NCBI GenBank assembly: GCA_051362555.1
Contig: CM120641.1
Location: 43,902,401 to 43,966,400 of the forward strand
Direction: 5' to 3'
Origin: Lingula anatina
Taxonomy: Eukaryota; Animalia; Brachiopoda
Length of the DNA stretch: 64,000 bases
Part shown: positions 24,890 to 39,434 of the stretch, piece by piece
Numbering within the stretch: the stretch's first letter is position 1
Layout: every line of letters starts with the position of its first letter
Notes under the pieces: model-generated
What the model was told of the DNA's origin: nothing
The model's input: the letters and a program-made list of their open reading frames with translations, nothing else
Databases searched by the model: none
Made by a program: the position numbers and the translations under genes

Positions 24890-27667
24890 AGAAGATTAAA
24901 CCCTTTTCATGTACTTTGAATGTTAAGTGATAAGGCTAATATATTTCTTGAATCTGGAAAAAACGTATACTTTTTTTTTAGTTTTTCTTTATTTTGAACT
25001 TTTAGACGGTAAACAAATAAAAATCTGCTTTAAAAATGACATGGCTTTCATGAACCGCATAGATACTTAATAATAATAATAATAACCGCATTATTTAAAC
25101 CCAAATCAGCTGGATTCTGCTAGAAAGAGGTTGAGTCTAGAGCCCGATATCTTCGACAAACAAGATCAGTAAAATTGTTCACCAATAGATGACGCAGTCG
25201 CTATTCACGAATAAATCGGCTGTTTTGGACAATATGCTGATGTTGTGACTTGTCCGACTTTCTGTTAGTAATTTGCCTTATTTTACACAAACAAGGGACA
25301 GGCACGTGTAACGAAGACCCTTTTTGCCATTTCAGCAATATACCAGTTATTCGCTCTCAAAAGAACCTGTTCACGTTCCTTATAATGCAAAGGAGGGTTT
25401 TGATACGATGATTTTGTTTTCTGATTTTCTTCACAACTGCAAAAACACAACGGTTCCTCACAAGGCTTTCATAAAAAAATGAATTCGTTTGCTAAAAACT
25501 TCTCCAATAGTCTTTAACTCCTATAAGCTTGTAATTTCCGATGTGACTTATACCAGAAAACATTTGCAAATCGCATCTTCAAAGTTTCCATGAAATGGGA
25601 CAAATAATTTTAGAGGATAGTTTTCATCGGTTTAATAGGAAGAAAATTGACATTATTTGTTTGGCTGAATTTGTTTAATTGCTGTCGATTGCAATTTGTT
25701 TCAGAATGCCCTGAAAATGTGTGTATCCGAAACCCTTTTTTCTTTCTTTCTTTCATTAAAATTTGCCTGTCGATGAGAAGAGCCACGACAGAGATATGCT
25801 GATACATGTACTTATTTCTGCCCTTTGTAACTATTCGTACAATAACCACTGGGACCAAATGACGCCCCGGTACTGGCCTCCCCCCCACCCCCCCTCCCCC
25901 CCGAAAAAAAAAACGCATACGAATTCGCCTTTGAAGAATTCTAGTTCGTATATCTTGATGGTATTTACTACTCTAATAGGACTTATTTAGTCTGGCACCC
26001 AAAAAAAGGACCCTAATTGCTGTATATTTCAGTATAGATGAGGTAAAACGAGACTCGGTGCAAAGATATTAAATGGAGATCGTCTTTGCCGGATTGTATC
26101 TTATTGCCATATCGACTACTGAATTGCGCAAATTCACCAATTTACAAATACAGACTAATTTATCAGACTATCCGAGCGTTAGAGCAAGGCACACATAGGG
26201 ACCATATTGGGAGTTGTTCCCCAAGGGAAGAGCGTGTTGCGTTTCTTTGTTAAGGCAAACACCTACATTTTGTACCATCCCACAAAAAGTGATATATCGC
26301 TGATACCTATCCTGTGTCTAATACTTTTATCGCCAATATCTTCAAATTTCCTGACGCATTCCAATTACTTTAAAAAATGGATCAATATCCGCGATGTAGT
26401 CTTAAGCTTCAAGATATATTCCAACTTCACAAAGATGAATCACAAAGATGAATTTAAAAAAAAAGACGATTCACCCTAAAATAAAGTTATAAAAATTCGT
26501 GGTCTACTGTAAAATAAACTAGTAAGCAATTATTGTTTATATCCCAAACAGAAAAAAAAGATAATTTCATGAACGGAATAGGTCTATTGAACGGCTGTCC
26601 GAGAAGGGGTTATCAATTTCGTTGTCGTCTGCAGTGGGCCGGCTGTTGACGCACGCGGGTGAAGTGAAGGTCATCTTGATCTTGGCTTACGTCCTTCAGA
26701 TCTCTCTCTGCCTTTGAGCTACTGTCGTGTTGTATTAGATAAATCGCTCACTAGAATTTTCCCTTAATTCCATATTCCATGACATGACATTTTTATATTC
26801 AGATATATAAACTTATTACTGAAAATTGATAACTGTGTAAGTGTGTGTGTGTGTGCGTGTGTGTGTGTGTGTGATAGAGAGTGAGAGACAGACAGAGAGG
26901 GAGAGAGAGAAATGGTGCGTGCGTATGCTCTAAAATGAAACATTTTTAATATGCATGCTTTTTAAATTTCCTTCTTAGTTTATTATATCAAAGTAAAGCT
27001 GTCCACAAGGCAAACGAGATTTTTTTAACCAGAACCTATAAAATTTAACAACATTTTAGTGCTATTTCTCTTGGCGTTGGATATTGATGATTTAAGACTG
27101 CGTATAACTGATAGGTCTGCAAATGGTCTCGAGGGAGAAATCGCGAGATCTAGCATTACCATTCCCCAGCAGAATCAATCAAATTATATGAAAAGATCAC
27201 CATTATTTAATTTTTGTCTGATACAATTTTGTTCGCGGAGGCAGAGATGTAGAAAGCTGTAATCTGAGCTGCAGTTTTGTTAAGACGTTGGTTTAAATAT
27301 TAGTTTCAAATTTCCATGAAAATGACATGAATACTTTTACACTCCTATCTTTCAAACTGAAGAGGGGGGCAGGGGGGAGGGGGGGTCAAACAGTCGTTAA
27401 AAAGGTGTGTGTATGTGTGTGCATGTGCGTGAGAGAGAGAAAAAGAGAGAACACTTTAGGAAAAGCGATAATGACAGGTTTACTAAGATCTTACGATCGA
27501 GATCTCGAGATTTTGTACAAGAAACCAGAATTTTCTGAGTTTATTTTTGCAGCGAAATAAGCTATTTCAGTAGTCAAAACGGCTGCCTTAATTTTTGTTT
27601 CATTTAGTGTTTAGTTATTGACAAGCTGGAGAAAGCGATAGCCAAGCCACCAGTTATGAATGATCTA

Positions 27668-27877
27668 CACTTGACCAAAAAAGTTCGGAAACATGAAATC
27701 ATTTTCAATAATTAAAACACTATGTAATGTAGTGAGGAAATATTTTGTGTATATGATAAAGTAACGGTGGGCGCATTATCCATCCTTATTTGGTGTAAAC
27801 ATTTACTTTAACTCATATGATAATTTTTTATCATTATTCAAAATAACGGTGTTTCTGAACTTTTTTAGTCTAAAGTG
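27668..27877. mobile_element. Tc1/mariner-type MITE (~210 bp)
   Basis: TA|CACTTGACCAAAAAAGTTCGGAAAC ... GTTTCTGAACTTTTTTAGTCTAAAGTG|TA: imperfect TIRs with a TA target duplication. Confidence 0.7.
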
Positions 27878-29165
27878 TAGTTGCTGACCAGTTCACGTGG
27901 TGGTCTTTGTGGCCAGTGGTCAGTCAGAGCGGTCAATTAGGAACATGAAGGGCAGATTTGATTTACTAGTGGATTAACTCGGGATAAAGCGGATTATTGA
28001 ACATCTGTCTGTTCAGTGATTGCGGTACTTCACGACTGAATGAGCAGAAGATCGACTACAATTTGAAAAAATGAAAAATTCTTTGAAAGACCAAGAAGGG
28101 TGCTTTTAAGGAAGAAAAAAAAGATAATCAATTTTGCCTTGGACATAATAACGAATCATCTTTGAATCTTGCGAAGGAGTAAACTTGGTGGCCGCCACAG
28201 AGAGGTTCAATTTAGATAAAACGCTTCAAACGTCAAGTTAGTGCCGAATTTTTTTCGTTTGATCGAGAAATTCCCGTGATGGAAGTAAATGGACATATAT
28301 GTGAGTTTATCTCTTTCAAACTGACAATTATTCGATGGAGCTTCCTCCTCCTCCTCCACCCGACGTCGATTTTTCCCGAAGTCTAGACTACAACCAAAGA
28401 CACAATATCTGTCGAGTTGATCTTTTAAGAAGCCAAAATCCGCAATGTTTGCCGGCTCCATTGAATGTCTCTGATGTAATAAAACGTTCCCAAAGTCTCG
28501 ATTTACACCTAGTTAATTGTGATTAATAACAGTGGAGGGTATTTTGAAGACAGATACCAATTCCCAACCAATTCCCGCCGTAACAATACAAGGGCCAACC
28601 AGTGCCTGTCTTCACAAGACTCATATTTCCAACATAACGGAGATGTTTTATATGAATTAATCTAATTAAAACTCAAAACAAAGTGAAGCTGTCTAGCAGT
28701 TTCCTGGATGCATTAACCCATGCAGATACATATACTTATCAGATAAATGTACATGACTCGCATCTCCGCATCTCAACTGACTGCGGGGAGGTGAATTCAT
28801 TTTTTATTCCGACGGGAGAAAACACTTACACTTATACCAATCAGAAAAGGAATAAAGATAACAATTAGTTCTGTGTCCATATTTCTACTTCACTGTTTGA
28901 CTTTCCTTCCTTCCTTCCTTGGGTTAAATGGCTCTCTGTCAATATTTTTTTCTGACGCGCTATGTCTGTTTGTCTGCCACACGTTTTTTCAATAATTGTA
29001 AAACAACTCTCTTGACCTGAGGTATGTATTCAAAATTTAGTTAGTTTCTATTCTGTAAAAGGAGCATCAGGGAATTAATATAACCAACATATTCAATTAT
29101 TGAACATAACTGGATATTAGACTTAAATAAATAAATATTCTTTAAAATTATTATTATTATTATTA

Positions 29166-29196
<31 letters not shown>

Positions 29197-30615
29197 AGAA
29201 ACTTTATAACCATTTAGAGTACTAAGGCTGTACAACCAAAGTCGTTTTGTGAATTACCAGTATACTCGTACCTGTCTAAATCAATTAAAACATGTTGAGA
29301 ACTTTCAAATCAAAATATAACTTATTCCAGCACGATGCACGAACATCTAATTTCAGTATTTGATTGAGAAGTTGTTACAGTTGAAGAAAGCGGAATTATT
29401 CTATTTCACCGGAAAACAGACACATTATTTTTACAATAATATCATAACAGTGTAAATAGCATCATTATATCGCCGAGTGACCTTATCCCGACCCCCATTT
29501 CCGTAGATCAGGGGGAGGACAATACAAAGTGAAAAAGTCCCATCGATTTCAATGGTTTAAGGTTCAATACAAGCCGAACACCCTGAGTTTACACGGAAGT
29601 CTCAATCAATCGACTAGTTTTACTGCTGATGGTTGTATTCCAGGTGCAATAACGTGACAGAGAGTCCCCCACTCTAGAAAGATAGAAAGTTCGCTTTCCA
29701 TTCATTTGCACAGGTAAGCCTCGTCCTAGATTTTGGCCCACTTAGGTCAGGCTAACCCTAACCATTATAACTAAATAGAGGGCGGACTTTCTGTTACGCG
29801 GACCCTCAGTTTCGTTACACCGGGTCCAGAATGTAGCAGGCAAAGTTTCAGAGATTGCTGGGAACTCTTTAATCTTTAATCAGCTTCCTGCTGTTGGTAG
29901 TAGTACGTAACATGCTTATGACATACTCTCCACCAGAGGTACTCCAGCTGCCACAGAATTGTAAGAAATTAAATATATAATAATTTTAATAATAATATTA
30001 TAATTTCATGACAGCTAGAGATCCTTTAGCGGAGAGTACTGATGACAGAGTCCAGCATCTAAATAAAATGCAACTCGGGGTTAGTGTTTCCACAATTACT
30101 GGTACGTGGAATGACTTCGCTGTTTTCTCCATAATGACCACGGAATGTCAGGGTGCATTTCATTGATGGGCGCACTCGTTTTTGGATAGATATCCCACAT
30201 TTAATGACAGGTGCTCAATTAACAATCTGCCTTTGGCTCATGGCGACATTTTTTTTTTTGCAACTTCGATTTTTATATTAATAACTTAGGCACAGACAAG
30301 GACAAATATAGCACCTGTCCGGAAATATCTGGCCGCCCACGCCCCACACACCTATTGTTGACTCTATTTGTATATTTTAGTTCTTTGTGTGTATACGGTT
30401 AAAATAGATACTGTTCGTGGAAGCAATTACGGGATGGAATAAACACGTTGTTTGAGAGTAAGCCGGTGTTTCAATCACGTCTTAGTGGAATAAAAGCCAA
30501 ATTGCTTAGATTTGTGCCATATGCATGCGTGAATGGAAATAAACAGTTTAAGCTCTCACGGCTTCATTTAAATTAAGTTGCGGACAGCTTTATGAAAGGA
30601 TTTAAGTCCAACTCA

Positions 30616-30746
30616 GGCCCCATTCCCATGGACACCATCGGTCTACGGAGATCGATCCAACTCTGTGGGGACTCTGGCATTTATTAAAGGTGACTGCACT
30701 CAGCAAGAGTCCCCGCAGAGTTGGATAGATGATGTTTATTTGGGTC
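30616..30746. mobile_element. Internally deleted PIF/Harbinger-like MITE
   Basis: Starts GGCCCCATTCCCAT; inner inverted repeat CCAACTCTGTGGGGACTC / GAGTCCCCGCAGAGTTGG; homologous to 59470-59726 and to the fragment at 50154-50227. Confidence 0.65.
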
Positions 30747-32639
30747 TGAGAGTGGTCTTAACTAGAAGACCGACGCTTTTTGGTCTGTTTTTACCCATGT
30801 TAGACGTGAACTGGAACAGTTAGATAGTTTTACAAAAAAAGGGGGAAACGGTTATGAAATGGTGAGAAATGACAGTTGTATTATTTTAGTGGATTACTGC
30901 TGATTTAAATCCCTGGTCAAAGTTGACTAAATTCTTTGGTCTCGTAAATAAAACCCAGTTTCGGATAAAGCTCTTTCGTGAAACTGGTTCCAGCCTACCG
31001 CCTCTTTTAGAAACTGGCAATGAATTTTAAGTGCATAGCATTGCCCAGCCGTACATATATTTCTCTTAAAAATGCTTTATTTTTTTAACCAAACCCGATT
31101 TTATTTTCACAGTAGAGTGAGCAAGGTACTGAAATAATAGTTGATGAAATGCGAACGTTCGAGACACTTAGGAAGCAGCTTTAAAAGTGAGATATAATCG
31201 AGTTAGAGAAATTCGTCATTAACCATAGACAGACATAAAAAGGGAAACAATCTAACGCAGCAATTACTGATGACCGACATCGCCATGGGAAATAAAGGGA
31301 AAATATATCGCTTTCGTCAAAAATGTCAATCATCTCATTTTGTGATCTGTGTAATATACCAACGATTGAAAAGCGAGTCAATTTAAAACTCGAGACATAT
31401 TTGCCAACTGGTTGAGACCAATTGATCGGGAAACTTTAACTACCCCCCCCCTTCCTGCTCCTTCACCCACTTTAAATCAAACATTGGTATGACGCGTGAT
31501 ATGGGAGATCCGCATGGCAGCGCAAACACAGCGCGGGTACTTCATTGATTTCAGCCTATAAATTACGCTGTTTAAAACGAGAAAATTTGACTTAACAGCG
31601 AGAGAGGAGAAAAGAGATCAATAACCGTTGATTTTCAGAATTTGGTTAAATACCAGGCTAAGCTGAGAGAAGTCAAGTATATTTGGTGCAGAATCTGTTG
31701 ATTGAGCTTTTTTTTTTGGCTCAGCAAAACGGCGCACGTGCTTGGAGAGAAAATGTGATTTATGTCTTTATTAGAACTAAACGCACATATCTCTGGTACA
31801 TGGGTATGTGAAAGAATACTTTCGCACGTTTAAATGAGTGCGCTCGGTTTCTTTTTTTTTAATGAAAAAATATGGCTTATAACACCTCTCAGAGGTAATC
31901 AATAGAAGAGCTGGCGTCAGTTTCACAAAATTCGCCACACAATTCCGTTTCTTTATGAAAACTATAAAAGAAAACTGAGCAATGATATGATTAATTAGAC
32001 AGAAACAGGTGTCGCAGTCGTAGCGTGTTACATATGCTTTATTCATGCTTTCCACGCCAGACTGAGCTGGTGAAAATGTACAGAGTTAAATAGTAATAAT
32101 ACAAAAAAAGAGAAAGAAACTTTCACACTGATCTGCTACCACAAAGTGCCTAAATTTTGCTGCTGTAGGCGAGAGAGGGGGTGGGGTGGGGCACATGTCG
32201 AACCTAAACGAGTTGATAATTGCCCTTCCACCTCTGTTAATCTTACCCCTTCTCCTCCTTTTTTTAAACCCTGACACCATCTGTCATCTACCTTATGAAA
32301 TAGTCTATCAAAGTATTAAACTCCTTTTTTTAAAAAAACGTTTCATAAAACATGAAGCAACTCCGCTTAAGAAGGAACGACATTTGTATGTGTATGAATC
32401 TTGTGGCGCACAGGAGACTATAGGGTAGATAAGCCAAATTGCACCTACGATTTGTCCAAAAAATAAGAACCTGAAATTTATGACTGGATTGCCCACACCC
32501 GAACCGCACATCGCATGTTTCCCAGAAACGAGGATATTCATAAAGCGAGCTCCAGCGAGAGGCGCATTGATTTTATTCTTATTCATTTAAAGCTGAAATC
32601 CCTTGGCACCACTATATTTGCCCATTTTCCAAGTTTTTC

Positions 32640-33330
32640 CCATGAAATGATTGTAAACCCGCCAATCAGTCATTTGATTGGAAGATACACATTGGCCGTG
32701 ATGTAAATTAATTGACGAGCCAGGGACGCGTACAGACGTCAGTCTATAGGAGCGGAAGTTGTGGGCGGATGAAAAACTGTATGATATGTTACAGCAGTGA
32801 CTGTTTAATTACATTACGTCACGCGTCACGCGGGGATTTTTATTTTCCACCATTGGAAAATCTATTGGATACTGTTATGATAAATTCCGGATCGTTACGA
32901 ACAAACAGGGTTATTGAATTGATTTCCAGTCGCTAGAAAGGTCCACTGGACGACTTTCGGAAGTGAACAGACGGTGGATATACTCCTTGCTAGCCCCGTC
33001 TAAAGTTACTACCCCTACTTCGTCAGCTTCTCGTATGAGGTATCTTTGAAGCAGTGCTGTCAAAAATTAGCGATTTGAACGTCGATAAAAAGAAATCACC
33101 GGTTTTCGCGTCTTTGCCTTCTGGCTCGGTCAAAACAAAAAGCGGTTATTGCTTTTCCCCCCACTTTGAATTGCTACGATTGGATTTAGTGTCAAGCGGA
33201 ATGAAGAAAGTTCCTGCGTTCCAAAACTTCGATGAATTCAGTATTTGAATATCAGGATGGCCCTTTGAGCGCTGCTGAAGTCGTATATTCGTTGTGAAAA
33301 GTTACTGGGAGATTTTTCTACGCTACCAAG
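32640..33330 (+). promoter_or_regulatory. Probable promoter and non-coding first exon of SLC5A7
   Basis: CpG-rich patch with CCAAT/ATTGG boxes (32663-32696), GACGTCA, GCGGAAGT (ETS), GGGCGG and TTACGTCACGCGTCACG; strong donor CAAG|GTAAAT at 33330/33331. The first coding exon has an acceptor at 45348 and so needs an upstream exon. Confidence 0.5.
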
Positions 33331-36300
33331 GTAAATTGTGTCTCATACTTGCTAATTATCATTTTAAAATAGTTTTATATCAGCATCGAATCCGTGTTAT
33401 TGTTTAAAGATCAGCAAATAAGTGTTGTAAAATCTTTTGTTACATGTGCTTACACTTACATTTGTACCCTTATGGAATTTATGTCGATGGGATGCGTCCA
33501 GTGGATTTATTGTCCATTTTTTTGTGTCTGTGTGTCTGTCTGTGCTCTTCTCAAAGAATGCGTATTTAAAGTTGGTGTTTATGAAACTGACTGATGACAA
33601 CGTGAAATGATAAAACATTTGGAACTGTAAATGGCACTTTGTCTTCATTCTAAGCGGTGATCAAAGCTGGGCGAGAGGGTGTCATAAATAAAAAACGCAA
33701 TACAAAAATCTCGAACACTCGAGCGTCAAATGCGGGACAATGGAGGTGAATTTGGGATAAAAACGGCTCTGTGGTATGGGACGTTTGACAAGAATACAAT
33801 GTATAAATTGGGATGTTTGGGAAAGAAATCAAGTTCTTGTACGTATACATTAGCTAAGCTGATACGGCTTTAGACTGTATGTTACAAAAAGTTCCCTCGA
33901 TGGGCAGGTTTTCTGTTATTTTGTAACGGCATTTTCTTTGTCGGATGCGGAATGAAATTACAATTAGACGTCGTGCATCATCGGCACCGAAAATACAAGT
34001 TTAGGCGGCTTGTACATCTACTATTGTAACTGAAACAGTCCACAATGCCGGTGAAAATTATTCAGCTTGCCATTAGTATTTTTAACCCTCCAAAGAAGAG
34101 CCCGTCATGTGTCGTTGCAACATCGATCTCCACTCATTTCTGAGCTAGTAAAAGCAGGAGCTCTTTTCCCTTTCCCTCACTGTCGCCCGCTAATCGATAG
34201 TGGACACAAAGCAAGTATAGAAACTACAACTGGTAAAATTAATACTACCCTTCTGAAGCCACGCGCTGGGGCAAGGAAAAGTGGCTATATAGATTTGTAT
34301 TGTTCTTCAGGGGGAAAAGGTCTGGTCTCTCTTTCTTCGCGGCGAGATGCCGGACATTGCGTTGTTACTGAGTTCACCGATATGAGATTTCTTCTTCGGG
34401 CAAATTAACTCAACTACGGTGAAATTAACTGAAAGTGGAGAAAGGTCTGTAAATTGCACTTCTTGTCGCATTGTTAGCGCTTACTCCGGCGCACCTGTTA
34501 TTACGGGCCATTGTATGTGCATCGATATTTTGTGTTCTTTGTAATTTACTGTTACATACACTGAGCAATGTAATCAATAGCGTCCATGTAAGACCTAAAC
34601 TGGTTCGAAGGGTCAGGTGGGTAATGTTGTTGTAATTAATAAAGACGGTTGAGAGATGCCATTATTTGGAAAGTACAGGTACTTGTCTACCGACATCGGT
34701 TTGTGTAAACCCGCCTCCTCGTCCCCTCTCCCCCCCCCCCCTCCCCACTTCTCCCTCCACTTTCATTTTTGCCGTGTAGAAAACCGAATGTGAAGTCACG
34801 ACCCGAATGGCAGGAGCGCACGTCCTGGTAATGCTAGTCCTATGGGACGCTCAGTCCTGGGAAAACAAATGGTACATGTACCTACCTGTATTACAATTAT
34901 GAGACAGGAACCGAGATCTCATTAGGACAACCGTTTCTTAGTAATGGTGATCCGTAGGACATGGATTACTATTACACCAGCTACTGGGCAAGCAGAGAAT
35001 CAAAAGCACTGTAAACATGAAAATTAACAGCAATTTTCGCTATGGTAAAAAGATCTCAGTTTTAGGTCAATTCGATCAGTAAATAGAAGGCTTCAATTAA
35101 CCATGTCATTAACAGAGTAACTCCAGATAAATTTCACTGGAACTTTAAAGGAAGCGTTTGCACTGCCATATCGATGAGAGAAGTACATAATTACAGTCTC
35201 TATCATCAAAATAACTATTGATTTAAAAGGCTAAACTCTTTTTAGCGTCTTTTTTTCATAAAAAGTTGCTTCTGTGTACTTTTACTTCATACAAAGTAAG
35301 AAGATATCACTCTGCATGAAGTTGTTAGTCTAAAAAGTTATTTTGGGTTTAATTTAATGAACAGAACGGATTCTATGCTGTGGTAATTAATTAACCTAAT
35401 TAAGATCAATGGAAAGACACCTGAAACTAATCCATAACATGCTGAGGTATTGGTTTATGTTGGAGAGCTGATAATACTGGGGAAAAATACACATTGGCCT
35501 TGTAAATTGCTGTAATGCCTGTCTTAATGTTGTGTTTTCCTAAGCTTGTCTTGATAAATGTCATTTTGTCCATATTTGTCAGTTTTGCACTACATTCTTA
35601 ATTACTGATGCCAGGGTATTAATTTTCTCTACTGTACATAATCTAATAGCAATTTTGTTTTGGCCAGCTTGCATAGAATTTTTAGCCCAGACAAAAATTT
35701 GATCTAACACTTATTATTAGAAGAAAAGGTTATGAATATTTTTCTTTGACAAGAAGTACCCTTTGAGAACTTGGTAAATACAAATACAGACACAAAAATT
35801 CATGAAAAGTTTAAACTCTCTGCGTGTACATGTACATGTACATGCAAGTTAATTCAGTGCTTACTAGAGCTTGTCCACTAAGTCCTATGGATATGCACGT
35901 CTTATCACAGTGTATTTGCCGTGTGCTCAGACATGCTTATCTAATTAAGTACTGCTGAGTCTGCCTCAATACCTGGGCTCACTTTTATTGTATGAGTAAA
36001 TTTATAGCCATGTACTTAACATATTCTATTGAATATGAAATATTTTAGTAAAATATTTTTTCTCCCAAATATTATCATTGATTTGCTTTTGCTAAAATTA
36101 TTAAGCTGTATGGCTAAAAGAAATTTTCATTTAGAGCTTGGATGATTATAGGCATTCTACTTGTCCAAATTTTGAGCAAAACAAAATAACTATGAACAAT
36201 TACAGGAAAAATGATACAACACAATTTTCAACTCATGTTGCAGAGAATGGCTAAATTGCAGTCATTATGCTATCACATGTACCGGTTAACATTTCAGCTT

Positions 36301-37170
36301 AAAGATAGAAGAAGAGAAAGACAGAGGAAAGAGACTTAAACCACAGTTCTAATTTGGAAACCTTACTCAAAGATTTATATGGTCTGAAAACTGTATGCTA
36401 CACAGCGTCCACTGATTTTGCCCTACCTGTTAGTGGTGACCATATCGGACTGACCTGATTGAGGAGAAGCTTTATACTGGACAAAACAGTCCACGGGGGA
36501 CAGGTGAGCATTTGGCTGCAATCACTTAAGTTTTCACAAAAATTGTTCTAGTCATTGCTTCTGTATTTATTGCACCCCCGGAGGATAAATTAAATTCAGG
36601 AAGGGGGGGGGGGGGTAGCTCAGAACCTGGTGATATCTGGCATTTAAGTGATGACAGTTTGACTGTTATTATAGGTTGAATTGTTTTGATCTGAACTCAT
36701 TTCATTGTGTTATACAATGCAGTAATTGGTTCAAGTCAGGGCCAAATTATTTTATGTTAAGTCAACCTTAGAAAAATGTCAATGGCATGTTATAATTTAT
36801 TAATAAGATTGATATTTATAGGACCCATAAGATATTGCTTTCATGTTAATTTTTAAAATTGTTTAAAGTATTAGTATATATGTAATAATTCATTTTTACC
36901 TTTTCTTTTTTTATTGGGAGGGGGTATTAAAACAATATAGTTGGCATTGGTTAAATTTTTCTGTTCAGATTTCATGGAAAAATTGATAAGTAATTCTCAG
37001 AACTAAATCAGTTCCATAGAATTACCAGTGCCCTGCAGTGCATCTGTGTTATTTTTCAAAGCAACAAGACCAATCCTATTGATACTGGGCTCACTTACAA
37101 ATTTCTTGTTTGTTTGAAAAGATATTTGTGAAGATTAAACGTAATCATCCAGATTTTTACAGGCATATAA

Positions 37171-37396
37171 CACCCCATTTCCACAGATTTTTAGATCGAT
37201 CTATCCCTGTGGGGAGTCTCACTAGATTACTGTCAGCTTGGCCGGCTTTAGCGTCTGTCCCGCCTACTAACAGCTGTAAGGGGGTAATTAACTATGGTGC
37301 CCGCTTGGCTGACTGCAATTTAGCGTGAACCCCCAGGGAGTTAGGTCGATCTAAAACTTAATCTTTAGATCGATCTAAATCTCTGGGAAAGCACCC
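37171..37396 (+). mobile_element. PIF/Harbinger-like MITE (GATCGATC family)
   Basis: Ends CCCCATTTCCACAGATT / AATCTCTGGGAAA; reverse-complement homologue of 39132-39345. Confidence 0.7.
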
Positions 37397-39047
37397 TTAA
37401 ATCAGTGAAGAATTGGCAAAATGAGATAATATTCATTTCATTGAGCCAGAATGTTTGTAGCTATTGACAAAAAATATAAATAATGGGATGGGTGAATTGT
37501 TTAGTTCCTTTTTCAATTCTATATTGATCTATGGATCTCCTTACACTTTAATCTCTCAATTAAGATATTAGTTACATAGTTTTATAGTTTTGTCTTCTTT
37601 TTTCTTTCTAAATTTTTTTTATTGGAGTCAGACTGTTGAATATAATCAAAAGTTACATTTCATTTATCTCAGCAAAAATCTAGTCATCATATCCTCCATT
37701 ACAGCCTAAACCAATTAGGGAAAAGTAATAAATTCTTTCCGCATCTACCTCTGCTCCTCTGTTTCTGATTAGGGTCAGACGTAATGGCTCCAAGTCTCTT
37801 CTCCATAATAAATGAAGAAAGCTTGATTGTAGACAAATACCCACTGAAGCTATGATGAAATACATTTACAGATATCTACACTATACACTATCTGTAATAC
37901 TCTTAATGCAGCTTAGGGCTTTATTCTTGATTTCAAAACATGCACGTGCACTGTTACATGTACTAGTACAGTACATGTATGTACATTTTTGCGGCATGCA
38001 TGTTCAAGTTTGCAGTGTGGAGTTTGCAGGAAAATTTTGAATTGCTGCTAATTTGCAGCAAATTTCCAAGAACATCTTGAGTTTGCAACAGGTTTGCAAA
38101 AGATCTTTATATTTTTGCAATTTTGCTGCAAATTTGCAAGAAGCCCTTTATTTGCAAAAAAGTTTGTAGTGAGTTTGCGAGAAAGTATTCATGTTCTTCC
38201 AAATTTGCAAAAGAGTTTGCGACAGGCCTGAAATTTTATAGATATGCCACAACGGGATTTGAATTAAAATTTCTACAGATAATGATGATGATTATATATT
38301 TATTTGTGTCAGATAAAAAGAGTAAAGACCATTACAAAATGGGTTTAAGGTTGGAAATGGGAAAAGGGAAATATAGAAAATTCTTAAAAATTCTGAGAAT
38401 TTTGAAATTTTATAGATTTTTGATCTACTAGTACATTAACCATTTGAATAAATTCTCTTTTCACAGATGGGCAATTTTGATTTAGATAAGTATTTTACTG
38501 CCAGCTATCTTATTTAGTTAATCAATTTTGTTTTTGTTTTTTACATGAATTCTTATATAATTAATAGTCTCAAACCAATCATCAGTTAATCCAGCTCTGT
38601 GATTGTAATCAATTAAGGTAAAACCAGTGTTATGCAGTAAACCTATCTGTTAACTGCTGGCATGCTGTGATAAGCCTTGGATTTACTGTATAAGTCTGTG
38701 GAAAATCCTCTGAGACTCCAAGAGATGATCCCCTATTATTGCTCAACATTAATACACCTTAGTTGTTATTCCAAACACATTAAGCCTCACATCAAGACCA
38801 CGTTAAGCTTTTTGTGATGTGGTACTCAGTACTTAGATTATGACTACATGTGCACCAGACTAAACATGTACATGTACCAGTACAATATCCTTCTATTTAA
38901 AAAACTTGAGATCATTATCCATGAATATGTAAGTAACGGAAATGAAAAGGGGACTGATATCAGATAAAGGAGATGGTCAATATTTTATCACTTATTCTTG
39001 TCCTTGGATAACAAAAATTAGAGTCATAAAGCTTTTTTCACATCTTA

Positions 39048-39434
39048 GGCTCCATTCAGAATAGTGGACTGACTAGTCCGAGGGTCAAATATGGCAACCC
39101 ACTACAAAGCTTTCCGTCTAATCTGCTAATTCACCCCATTTCCATAGATTAGATCGACCTACTTTAGATCGACCTAAATCCCTGGGGGTTCACGCTAAAT
39201 AGCTGTCAGCCGGGCGGACACGAAAGTTAATTACCCCCTTACAGCTTGTAGTAGGCGGGACGGACATTTAAGTCGGATTATCTGAAAGTAATCTAGTGAG
39301 ACTCCCCGCGGGGATAGATCGATCTAAAATCTATGGGAATAGAGCAGTAGACACTGAACAGCTATCCCGTGAGGAAGTATTCAAGTTGATTGGCCATATT
39401 TGACCCTCGGACTAGTTAGTCCCCTATTCTGAAT
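39048..39434. mobile_element. MITE with ~42-bp TIRs hosting a nested second MITE (39132-39345)
   Basis: ATTCAGAATAGTGGACTGACTAGTCCGAGGGTCAAATATGGC (39054-39095) pairs with GCCATATTTGACCCTCGGACTAGTTAGTCCCCTATTCTGAAT (39393-39434); the inner element is the inverted copy of 37171-37396. Confidence 0.75.

Noticed and set aside
27895-27945. GTGGCCAGTGGT A-box-like stretch suggesting a tRNA or SINE
   Set aside because: No B-box or cloverleaf follows.
28207-28526. Short ORFs on both strands (MELPPPPPP / VEEEEEA)
   Set aside because: Driven by a (CCT)n run; no homology or clear splice context.
33040-33048. GTATCTTTG resembling a second U12 donor
   Set aside because: Imperfect match, and no U12 branch point is present before the 45348 acceptor.
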